Of a stretch of 64,000 bases of DNA, positions 40,780 to 49,661 are shown piece after piece (position 1 is the stretch's first letter; each line of letters opens with the position of its first letter). The position numbers were made by a program, and so were the translations under genes. Source of the stretch: a virus. Location of the stretch: positions 68,460 through 132,459 of IMG/VR virus record IMGVR_UViG_3300007609_000005; one strand, 5' to 3'. The notes below the pieces were generated by a model, which worked only from the letters and a program-made list of their open reading frames with translations, was not told the origin of the DNA and searched no databases.

Positions 40780-40929
40780 ATACTATATATTCCCTTTTTT
40801 CATAGACATCTATGAAGTTAGCAAAAAACACTTTATGTGTAACAAAAACGACAAAATGATACAAAAGTGTAGAAGTATAGAAAGGAAACTCCTCTTATTG
40901 TATATATACATACAAAATGAACAAATATT

Positions 40930-41793
40930 ATGGTCTTTGATGAAATTAAGGTAAGAGAGATAGAAACAAAATACAAGAACGGTGAAAGGTTAAAACGTTC
41001 AGAAAGAATATACTACCAGGGGATGTTTGGTATACGAAGAGATGATATCAAGTACTATATGAACTCATATGAACTCAATGAATATGTAATATCTAAAACG
41101 GATATCAACTATTTTATTGAAAAGTATATGGGTATATTTTTAAATGATGCACAAAAAAAAGTTATGGAATCATACCACGAGAATAGGTTTAATATTTATA
41201 TGGCATCAAGGCACATTGGAATTGAGAATATATTTATATACACAACACTACATACCTTACTATTCAACAACAAAACCATTTTATTCATTGACAATGATGC
41301 AGATAGTGCATATGAAAAGATCAACACATTAAAGACGTATTTAACCAAACTCCCTTTTTTCCTCAAACAAGGTGTTAATACATTGAACAAATCAGCCATT
41401 AAATTTGAAAATGGAAGTTCTTTATTCGTTAGTAGTAGTAAGCCAATAATAATGTCGAGATATTACAATGAAATATTCTTATTCGATATGGCACTTTGGT
41501 CTAATAAAAAAGCAAATGACATCTATTCATTATCTATACCATCAATATCATCTGATCATAATAATAAATTAACAATCATATCACCACCAAATGGGCATAA
41601 TAAGTTCTATGAATTATTTCGGAATGCAGAACTACCCGAAGATGATCCAGGAAAAACACAATTCTATGCAACGAGAGTTTATTGGTGGGAAATTCTCGGA
41701 AATGATATACAATGGAAAAGTAATATGTTGATGGACTATGGACAAGAATACTTCAATAAGTATATCGATATGAAATTTTATTCCAAGGAATAA
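40930..41793 (+). CDS. degenerate terminase large-subunit ATPase-like protein (no nuclease domain)
   Basis: YFIEKY, ENRFNI.MASRHIG, LPFFLKQG, IKFENGS, ISPPNGHNKFYELF, VYWWEI; Walker A/B residues substituted. Confidence 0.8.
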   Translation: MVFDEIKVREIETKYKNGERLKRSERIYYQGMFGIRRDDIKYYMNSYELNEYVISKTDINYFIEKYMGIFLNDAQKKVMESYHENRFNIYMASRHIGIENIFIYTTLHTLLFNNKTILFIDNDADSAYEKINTLKTYLTKLPFFLKQGVNTLNKSAIKFENGSSLFVSSSKPIIMSRYYNEIFLFDMALWSNKKANDIYSLSIPSISSDHNNKLTIISPPNGHNKFYELFRNAELPEDDPGKTQFYATRVYWWEILGNDIQWKSNMLMDYGQEYFNKYIDMKFYSKE

Positions 41794-41863
41794 TATACAC
41801 TCTATAAATTTGGAAGTATATTGATTTTTTATTATCTTTGTATAAACAAACAAACAAACAACT

Positions 41864-42979
41864 ATGAAGATTAAAACAAACAAAATTTCCATTTCACTTG
41901 ATAGAAAAATCAAATCTTTCATTACTGATAATGGTGAAGTTTTTAACATTACACAAGAAGAACTTAAACAGAGAGTTGATGCTTTCGTAGATAATATTAT
42001 CAATGAACACCACGAAAAATCGAATAAATTGGGCAAAAGTATTGACACGACTCACCAATTCGAAACATTCCAAGTTGATAACAAAGTTCTACATGGTGGA
42101 TATGATGAGTCTGATAAGGAATCATATAAACACTTCATCCATAAATATCTTAGAGATTTTTATGCAGATGATGATGGTAAATCTTACCAACCAACCAATC
42201 TGAAACATGAACGTTTATTGAATGGTAAGAAACACGAATATGAGTTAGATGTCAGAGATAGTATAATGGCAAATAATTTAAAGACCATCAAAACAGCCGA
42301 AGAATTGAAAGACCTTATCCGTTTTATGTTGGATAGTAAAATGGTGGATGTCAATGAAAGAATAATGTTCAAGCATAAAACGAAGCATTCCATTAATCTC
42401 TACAACACATCAGTTCCTGCTTTTATCATAAAGAAGTGTTACCACCTGACGGATGGTAAAGAACTTGAAGTACTCCAATGGGTATATGATGAATATGGAA
42501 TGGACTTAACTAAAATAGATACCGAACTAGATGATAAAAGTTATGAAATTTGGTTCTCTAAGAATCGAGTTTCACTGATGCCGTTTATCATAAACAACAT
42601 CTACAATTACCGAATCCATAGTACATATAACAATGGACTTTCGTGCAGAAAGTATGAGTTTGATGGAACACCAAAAGACTCGTCCGAAAGGGGTTTCCAG
42701 AATTTATTTAATAAGTTTGTCCGAGTGATATCCTTTTTGGTAGAAAAACATCCAACATTAAAGTATGAAGTGAAATATGTGGATCGTGAAGTGGAAAAAT
42801 TCAATGATGTTTATAACTATCTTAAATCTTATTATCTTTCAGATAGGGATATATACAGACCAGATTCAAGAGAATCAGCCGATGAAATGTTGGAATGTTT
42901 CGAAAAGTATTCAACAGAACTACCAGAAAACACACTTGAAGAGTCTTTGACCCATATGATTGATCAAATGAACCAATAA
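41864..42979 (+). CDS. hypothetical protein
   Basis: 371-aa ORF after TATCTTTG at 41833-41840. Confidence 0.75.
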   Translation: MKIKTNKISISLDRKIKSFITDNGEVFNITQEELKQRVDAFVDNIINEHHEKSNKLGKSIDTTHQFETFQVDNKVLHGGYDESDKESYKHFIHKYLRDFYADDDGKSYQPTNLKHERLLNGKKHEYELDVRDSIMANNLKTIKTAEELKDLIRFMLDSKMVDVNERIMFKHKTKHSINLYNTSVPAFIIKKCYHLTDGKELEVLQWVYDEYGMDLTKIDTELDDKSYEIWFSKNRVSLMPFIINNIYNYRIHSTYNNGLSCRKYEFDGTPKDSSERGFQNLFNKFVRVISFLVEKHPTLKYEVKYVDREVEKFNDVYNYLKSYYLSDRDIYRPDSRESADEMLECFEKYSTELPENTLEESLTHMIDQMNQ

Positions 42980-43189
42980 TGAAAACAATTATTCAATGTA
43001 ACAGTTAATGAGCAATTTCAAAATAAAGGTGTGGGTAAACGGATGTATAACGATGTAATAAACGAACTCAAAAAGGAAGGTGTTACCAAATTAGTATCTG
43101 ATAAGACCATAAACAGTCAATGGGTGAATCGAATTTGGAAGAATATGAATTCTGACTTCATCGATGGTAGATATGTATTACATATCTGA
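42979..43189 (+). pseudogene. GNAT acetyltransferase fragment (frameshifted or truncated)
   Basis: Frame 42983-43189 reads KQLFNVTVNEQFQNKGVGKRMY...IW; the ATG at 42979 is out of frame by one base. Confidence 0.5.
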
Positions 43190-44830
43190 TGGGAGATTGT
43201 CCAATAAACGGTCCACAAAAATTTCTTTTATGAAACTAGGATACAGATTCTCATCACTTGGGTCTGGTGTATCACCTGTTTCATATAAGGCCTGTTCAAG
43301 CAAATATATTAAATATGGATCAGGATCATCCAAATGATAATCTGCATCCATATATGCTTCCAAATAATAATCAAGGTCACCTATTTTTATCATAAGTTCC
43401 GGACTACCACCATCTTCATTTTCATCTGGATATAACCAACTAAACTCCTCACTATCATTTAGTTCACTTATCACAGCATTTGTCCAATGTTCCCAAACAA
43501 CATCAGTATAACCACTTGCAAGAGATTGGCCATATGAATCTTTAACTTCATCTGGAACTAAGTCACTATCATGGCTCCATATTTCATAAATATCAACATC
43601 CATATAATTATTTTCAGTTACTGTTATTTCCTCATCATCAATTTCCACACTCACACCAATCATCAATTTCCGTATCCCCTTGTTCACATTTTCATTTTCT
43701 TTCATAACACCAATAACATTATCTATATTATCTTCATTATAATCATCACTCATCCAACCATCGGTATAATAATAATCCACCCACGAATCAATATTGAATG
43801 TTAATACATCCCGTGCAACATCTTCGTTCTTATAAAGACCAACCAACCCTTCCCAACCATGTACCACAAGGTAATCTTTGTCATCCTTTCTCATATAATC
43901 TCCAATACGATTATTACCAAGTCTTTTCCTAAGCCGCAAAAGGTATGTACATAACGGAATATCATCTGCATATTGGGGTTTATTTTTGAAAACTTCTATC
44001 AACCTTTCATCTAAACCACCACTACTGAATATAAGGATATCATTTATTAATTTCCTTACATTGTCTTCTTTATCCTCTTTCATATGATTATTCACTACAT
44101 TACTCAATATCCACTCCTTAATAGCATTTATCGGTTCTTTATTATCATCAATATATCTATCCAATTCTATCGGAGAATCATCTTCATCCATAAACTGCAT
44201 AGTTGGTGAGTGAAATTGGTATTTCTCATTCTTCTCCCGATCTATAATTATATAAAGGTTTCCATCACGGTCATAACCTTTAAATAAATTCTGTGATTCT
44301 CGTGCAGCCGTACACCATCTTGTACCTTGTCCATAATAACAAGAAGATTCCTCTGACTTTGGCACTACCACAAGGTAATTTTCATTATCCAATATTTTTA
44401 TAGTTTTTTCATCGATTCTGGCTTTTCTTTCGGCTTCTTCTTCCGCATCTTCTTCTTCCTTTTCAACAAACACCTGTAATTTATCGGTCGCATCCAAAAA
44501 CTCATTTATCGATTTAAATTTATTCACATCACGTAAACCAACATCTAGTTTGTGTTTTAATCTGTGAAATATTATCAATCCATCTGATATCTTATAAAGG
44601 TCTTCCTCAAAACGTCCTTTATTCTTTGAATTGATATATAATTTGATTATCCAATCAGAATATCTCCCCTTTTTTACCGGAACATCACCTTTCTTTCTGG
44701 TAGTAGGGTCTGCCAAGATCAACTTCTTAAAAACAGACATATCAATCTTCCCCTTATAAAACTTATCATATATTTTATCAAGGGACATTGCCTCATTTAT
44801 AAATGTCCAATAATGTTTAATGAATTCCAT
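43178..44830 (-). CDS. large putative virion protein with a PcfJ-like domain
   Basis: MEFIKHYWTFINE; VVPKSEESSCYYGQGTRWCTAA...LYIII..KYQFH; late box 44835-44843. Confidence 0.7.
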   Translation of the reverse strand: MEFIKHYWTFINEAMSLDKIYDKFYKGKIDMSVFKKLILADPTTRKKGDVPVKKGRYSDWIIKLYINSKNKGRFEEDLYKISDGLIIFHRLKHKLDVGLRDVNKFKSINEFLDATDKLQVFVEKEEEDAEEEAERKARIDEKTIKILDNENYLVVVPKSEESSCYYGQGTRWCTAARESQNLFKGYDRDGNLYIIIDREKNEKYQFHSPTMQFMDEDDSPIELDRYIDDNKEPINAIKEWILSNVVNNHMKEDKEDNVRKLINDILIFSSGGLDERLIEVFKNKPQYADDIPLCTYLLRLRKRLGNNRIGDYMRKDDKDYLVVHGWEGLVGLYKNEDVARDVLTFNIDSWVDYYYTDGWMSDDYNEDNIDNVIGVMKENENVNKGIRKLMIGVSVEIDDEEITVTENNYMDVDIYEIWSHDSDLVPDEVKDSYGQSLASGYTDVVWEHWTNAVISELNDSEEFSWLYPDENEDGGSPELMIKIGDLDYYLEAYMDADYHLDDPDPYLIYLLEQALYETGDTPDPSDENLYPSFIKEIFVDRLLDNLPSDM

Positions 44831-44917
44831 TAATTATATATTAACTCATATAAGTACTTATTTTGTCGTCTTAAATATTATTACTAACTTTACAAGACAA
44901 ACAACAAAACAAAAAAT

Positions 44918-45187
44918 ATGCAAGCAACAAAAGAAGTATTCGAATTTTTACTAAAAGGCGATAACCAAAAAGTACTTGTCACAAAACTAAAACGTTCTTG
45001 GACATGGGAAATTGTTATGGATGGTCAGTCAGATGATGGTGTACAAACCGTCCAAGGTAAAGGAAGTTACACAGAGAACAAGACATTTGCAAAGATATTT
45101 GACCGACTTTACAAACTTTATCCAAATGATAATGATGCAAAAAGATTGGTTCGGAATATCCAATTAACCAGGTTATTGCAAAAATAA
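44918..45187 (+). CDS. hypothetical protein with C-terminal tag
   Basis: Ends LVRNIQLTRLLQK. Confidence 0.65.
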   Translation: MQATKEVFEFLLKGDNQKVLVTKLKRSWTWEIVMDGQSDDGVQTVQGKGSYTENKTFAKIFDRLYKLYPNDNDAKRLVRNIQLTRLLQK

Positions 45188-45188
45188 T

Positions 45189-45431
45189 ATGAGTAAAGAA
45201 TTGAAAATGGCATTAAATGACCCCATGTGGAAATCCCACCGTCTTGGTGATGAATATCTTATGGATGATAAGGGTTCTTGGAAGATAACCTATTATCCAC
45301 TGTTCGAATGTGGTAAGACCGGTGAGGTTTATGGAGAACCAAGGGCACTTGTGGAAACTCAAAAGGTTTTCGATGGCGTTGAGGGAACTGATTTCAGAGA
45401 AGTCCCATTGAGATATTTAAAAAGAAAATAA
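45189..45431 (+). CDS. hypothetical protein
   Basis: 80-aa ORF. Confidence 0.65.
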   Translation: MSKELKMALNDPMWKSHRLGDEYLMDDKGSWKITYYPLFECGKTGEVYGEPRALVETQKVFDGVEGTDFREVPLRYLKRK

Positions 45432-45611
45432 ATAAGAATTATTAAAAGAATTTAAATATGAAAGAACTATTCAGAATAATTAAAGAAGGTGTTTATACAT
45501 TGACAATCCAATCGGTGAAAACAGGGGAAACTTATGAGATTTTAAAAAAATCAATTGTTCAGTAAACTTTTCATTTTTATTACTTATAAAGCATAACTAA
45601 ACAATTTTATA

Positions 45612-46763
45612 ATGAAGAGATTAATAACAAGTGAATCTGTGTCATACGGACACCCTGACAAAGTTGCTGACCAAATTTCTGATGCCATATTAGATGCATA
45701 TCTTGAAAAAGATCCCGATGCAAAAGTAGCAGTTGAAACAATGGTCAAAGACAATACTGTTGTTCTTGGTGGTGAGGTTAAATCAACTGCCAATATAAAT
45801 TATGATGCCATTATCAGAGAATGTGTGAAAGATATCGGTTATGCAGATGCAGAACACGGATTCTATTACAAAACCCTTACAATCCTAAACCTTGTTGGAG
45901 AACAATCACCCGAAATAAATAAGGCGGTTGAACTCGATGAGATTGTAACTGCAGGTGACCAAGGGTTTATGACCGGGTATGCAACAGTTGAAACATCCAA
46001 TTATATGCCCCTTGGTATGCACATTTCACGAAAGTTGGTAGATTATGTATGCACTGTCCCACACCTCGGTCCGGATGTGAAATCACAAGTCACAGTTGAA
46101 GAATCCGATGAAGGCAATAGAATTGACAACATCCTCATATCCACAATGCACTCAAAGGCAATTGATGTGAGGGATGTCCGTACAATACTAACACAGGGGG
46201 TCGAATCCAATAAAATGAATTTGGACACACATATATTCAAACTCATTGATTCCGAAACAAAAATACATATTAATCCAGCAGGCTGCTGGAATATTGGTGG
46301 ACCAGTTTCAGATTGTGGTTTAACCGGACGAAAAATAGTTGTTGACCAATATGGTCCATATTGTCCCGTTGGTGGCGGTGCATTTGCGGGAAAATGCCCA
46401 AGCAAAATCGATCGATCTGGAGCATATTATGCTCGATACATTGCCAAAAATATTGTAGCAGCAGGCATTGCTAATGAATGCAAAGTGGAAGTATCATATA
46501 TGATCGGTGTGGCTGAACCCTCATCATTTAACATTGATACATTTGGTTCGTACCACAATGATGAGGAATTATGTAACATTGTACGTGACATCTTCCCATT
46601 AACACCACAGGAAATAATTGATCATTTTGATTTAACATCACCAATATATCGTGAAACTTCAAAACATGGACATTTTGGCAATGACCTATTTGCATGGGAA
46701 CAATTAGATAAAATCGATGAATTGAATCAAAAACTCAAACCGGCAATGTCTAAAGAAATTTGA
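45612..46763 (+). CDS. metK: S-adenosylmethionine synthetase
   Basis: TSESVSYGHPDKVADQISDAILD, AGDQG, GLTGRKIVVDQYG, GGGAFAGK.PSKIDRSGAY. Confidence 0.98.
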   Translation: MKRLITSESVSYGHPDKVADQISDAILDAYLEKDPDAKVAVETMVKDNTVVLGGEVKSTANINYDAIIRECVKDIGYADAEHGFYYKTLTILNLVGEQSPEINKAVELDEIVTAGDQGFMTGYATVETSNYMPLGMHISRKLVDYVCTVPHLGPDVKSQVTVEESDEGNRIDNILISTMHSKAIDVRDVRTILTQGVESNKMNLDTHIFKLIDSETKIHINPAGCWNIGGPVSDCGLTGRKIVVDQYGPYCPVGGGAFAGKCPSKIDRSGAYYARYIAKNIVAAGIANECKVEVSYMIGVAEPSSFNIDTFGSYHNDEELCNIVRDIFPLTPQEIIDHFDLTSPIYRETSKHGHFGNDLFAWEQLDKIDELNQKLKPAMSKEI

Positions 46764-46787
46764 CCAATTTCACTTTTCACAAATTGG

Positions 46788-46820
46788 AAGACCTAGAATG
46801 AATAATTCTAGGTCTTTTTT
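46788..46820 (+). terminator. intrinsic terminator after metK
   Basis: AAGACCTAGAAT-GAATA-ATTCTAGGTCTT followed by TTTT. Confidence 0.8.
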
Positions 46821-46845
46821 CATTCCAAAAATTAATAAATACAAC

Positions 46846-47277
46846 ATGAAGTATTTAGAGTCTTACAAATCACACAGATGTCAGAAAATAATAAATGAAA
46901 TAAATTCTACCAAAATAGGTGATATTCTACCCGAATCCACAATATATCAATATGTTGAATGCTTACATGGTAATGATGACTTTGTTGATGGAAACCTTGG
47001 TGAAAGAATAGAATGGTATCCTGAATACGAATTGATAGAAATAGAACCATATAAACTGAACCTAGATGACTACTATCTATTTGACGATCTTAAAGATGAG
47101 TATAAAGACAAATACACTAAAACAGATTATTACCCACCCATAGTAATAGACCATAATAATATACTCATTGATGGCAATCATAGGGGCAATGCTTTAAATG
47201 AACTCGGAATAAAGAAAATAATGGCATTCAGAGGAATTGGTAATGAAATGGATTTTGATCCACACCAAAATGAATAA
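46846..47277 (+). CDS. ParB/Srx-like nuclease-domain protein, putative virion cargo
   Basis: Likely start MKYLESY, 4 nt after TAATAAATA; PPIVID...LIDGNHR. Confidence 0.7.
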   Translation: MKYLESYKSHRCQKIINEINSTKIGDILPESTIYQYVECLHGNDDFVDGNLGERIEWYPEYELIEIEPYKLNLDDYYLFDDLKDEYKDKYTKTDYYPPIVIDHNNILIDGNHRGNALNELGIKKIMAFRGIGNEMDFDPHQNE

Positions 47278-47308
47278 TTTTTCGTATATTGTCACCAAAT
47301 AAAGACAC

Positions 47309-47869
47309 ATGATAACATCATATTTAAACCGGCCGAAAACATATAAGGTCATAACAAGTCATAAATCAGTATCCCGGAAAAATAAATATGTAGATGTAAT
47401 AGTAAATGAACCAACTAGTAATAAAACAAAATCAGCCGCCATCCTTCTCAATGACCGACTGTCAAAATTGGAAGTAGATTCATTGATAGAGGAGGTGAGT
47501 GGGAGTGTTCGGGGAAGATTGAAAAACTTCAAAAAACGATATAACATCAAAAACCCCAAGAAAATTAAAAAATTAATGATCACATTCAATAATGAACACT
47601 TTCTTGAAGTACAACACAAACGAACAAATGGTAATCTTAGGTGTGAGTATTGTTTCAAACCTGTTAGAATCTACAATATAGACAGCCGACATAAGTTCAG
47701 AGAAAGTGATGGTGCAACTGCTGACCACAAAGTACCCATTTCTTTAGGTGGTGAAAAATATGATTTTGAAAACCTTGCAACTTGTTGTTATAGATGTAAT
47801 CAAAGAAAATCTAATATGCCATGGGAACAATGGAAAGAGATAGTCCCATCTTTGGAAAAGTATCAATAA
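47309..47869 (+). CDS. HNH endonuclease
   Basis: CEYC...ATADHKVPISLGG...NLATCCYRCNQRK. Confidence 0.9.
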   Translation: MITSYLNRPKTYKVITSHKSVSRKNKYVDVIVNEPTSNKTKSAAILLNDRLSKLEVDSLIEEVSGSVRGRLKNFKKRYNIKNPKKIKKLMITFNNEHFLEVQHKRTNGNLRCEYCFKPVRIYNIDSRHKFRESDGATADHKVPISLGGEKYDFENLATCCYRCNQRKSNMPWEQWKEIVPSLEKYQ

Positions 47870-48579
47870 TCATCTTCAAATTCGGGTAATAGTTTAACCC
47901 TTTTGTGTAAATATGTTGACGAACCGAAATTCTTATCTGTTTCAAGACCTCTTTTCAAATAGGTATTTGTTATCGATTTTAACTTCTCACCATATTGATA
48001 AACATCCCACTTCTTAAATTTCCTCTCACCTATCCTTTTAAACGTTACCTCTCCTATTTTATAATCATCTACCATAACATCCTTATCAACCATTTTACCA
48101 CCTTCATTAAATCGATAAGAGTCAGATATCTCAACATCGACAAAAGAAACAACTATTGGTACTTTATTATCTTTGGCAAGATTGTATATCCATGCAGTAT
48201 ATCCCTTTTCTCTTGAAAATTCATACTTCCCATCCAAAACATCCGTTCCTGGTTCATGAACATACCCACTTGTTTTTGAATTCAAATCATATATTTCACT
48301 TACGGGTATTTTACATACATAAACATATTTATGACCCCCTCCAATATTATCATATATGTACCCATTTTTTGTACAATAGAAAAATGCACGGTTTTTGCCC
48401 CATGATTTATATTCCCCAGTAGAATGCATTCTTTGGGGCATACCAGGGGAAACAAACCCATCTGTTATATTGACATCTGAATAATGCCAAACCGTCATCA
48501 TACCATCTTCAATGGTCAATAATGACTCATCTATTGTTTCGGAAGAACTTGGTTCAAAATTTTCAAAGAATTTAATCAT
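47863..48579 (-). CDS. ART-like putative internal virion protein
   Basis: MIKFFENFE; VWHYS...AFFY...YVYVCKIP..IYDL; TA box at 48584-48592. Confidence 0.45.
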   Translation of the reverse strand: MIKFFENFEPSSSETIDESLLTIEDGMMTVWHYSDVNITDGFVSPGMPQRMHSTGEYKSWGKNRAFFYCTKNGYIYDNIGGGHKYVYVCKIPVSEIYDLNSKTSGYVHEPGTDVLDGKYEFSREKGYTAWIYNLAKDNKVPIVVSFVDVEISDSYRFNEGGKMVDKDVMVDDYKIGEVTFKRIGERKFKKWDVYQYGEKLKSITNTYLKRGLETDKNFGSSTYLHKRVKLLPEFEDDY

Positions 48580-48610
48580 AGTGTATATATAAATTTCTTA
48601 TCTTTGAACA

Positions 48611-48946
48611 ATGTTAGGAATAAACATACATATAGTATCATTTATAAACAAGACAATTATTGGATTAGTCCACCATATTAATCAGCTAAAGATAAAATAC
48701 TATAATAAACCTCACAAAAATCCATATTATGTGGGAGATGAGGTTAAAGTATGGGCATTATTTAAGGAATGGGATTGTATAATAAAAAGGTTTTCCATAT
48801 CAAAAAACAATGATCAGTGGATATATCACATAATATCTAAGTGTGGCAACGTAGATGGTTATTTTACCATAGATAAAATCTATGATTGTAAAAGATTGGA
48901 ACGAAATAAAAAACTTAATAAGTTACTTACCAATGGTAAGAAATAA
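48611..48946 (+). CDS. SH3/KOW-like hypothetical protein with C-terminal tag
   Basis: YYVGDEVKV; ends LERNKKLNKLL; TATCTTTG at 48599-48606. Confidence 0.7.
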   Translation: MLGINIHIVSFINKTIIGLVHHINQLKIKYYNKPHKNPYYVGDEVKVWALFKEWDCIIKRFSISKNNDQWIYHIISKCGNVDGYFTIDKIYDCKRLERNKKLNKLLTNGKK

Positions 48947-49148
48947 TCAAATATACATTATTTGTGATGCTTGCTCATTTGAAAGTCCATACAATGGACC
49001 AGTCGATCATACATCAATGAATTTTGGCTTTGTTATAAGGAGAAATTGTATGAGGTGTGATAATTATATAGTCACTACTGTATCACAAGAAAACATTACG
49101 GCTATTAAAAGACACAAAATAATCAAAAAAATTTTAACAAAATCATAA
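48882..49148 (+). CDS. zinc-ribbon protein with C-terminal tag (start probably MVRNN)
   Basis: CDAC...CMRC; ends IKRHKIIKKILTKS. Confidence 0.6.
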   Translation: MIVKDWNEIKNLISYLPMVRNNQIYIICDACSFESPYNGPVDHTSMNFGFVIRRNCMRCDNYIVTTVSQENITAIKRHKIIKKILTKS

Positions 49149-49178
49149 ACTTTGAACACATTTTATAATACCTAATAT

Positions 49179-49661
49179 ATGTTAGAGATCGAAAGAAAAT
49201 TCCTACTTAAAAGACTTCCCATTGAACCACCAAGTGAAGTATTGCTAATAAAGCAGTGGTACATGGATGTAAATGGTGTTATGGTGAGAGTACGAAAGGT
49301 TGAATTCAATGATGGTTCATTTGATTTTATCAAAACAATTAAAACACCCATAGATGAAATGACCTATGAGGAAAATGAATCACAGATGCTTCCAAAAGAT
49401 TTTTATGATTTTGTGGATGAATGTCTGGTCTCCGACAACTCTTATTACATAGCAAAAAAAAGGCACATCTATGTCAATGATAATGATAAATGGGAAGTTG
49501 ACCAATATCTCGATTTTGACTTGGTTGTGGCAGAACTTGAAATTCCCCACAAGGAATATTCTTTCGAGATTCCTGAACACATAAAAGATGAACTTATTAT
49601 GGAAGTAACCGGTAAAAGGGAATTTTCCAATTTTAGTTTATCAGAAAAATTAAACGACTAA
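49179..49661 (+). CDS. CYTH-domain (triphosphate tunnel) protein
   Basis: EIERKFLL, RVR, KKRH, WEVD, VVAELE. Confidence 0.9.
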   Translation: MLEIERKFLLKRLPIEPPSEVLLIKQWYMDVNGVMVRVRKVEFNDGSFDFIKTIKTPIDEMTYEENESQMLPKDFYDFVDECLVSDNSYYIAKKRHIYVNDNDKWEVDQYLDFDLVVAELEIPHKEYSFEIPEHIKDELIMEVTGKREFSNFSLSEKLND

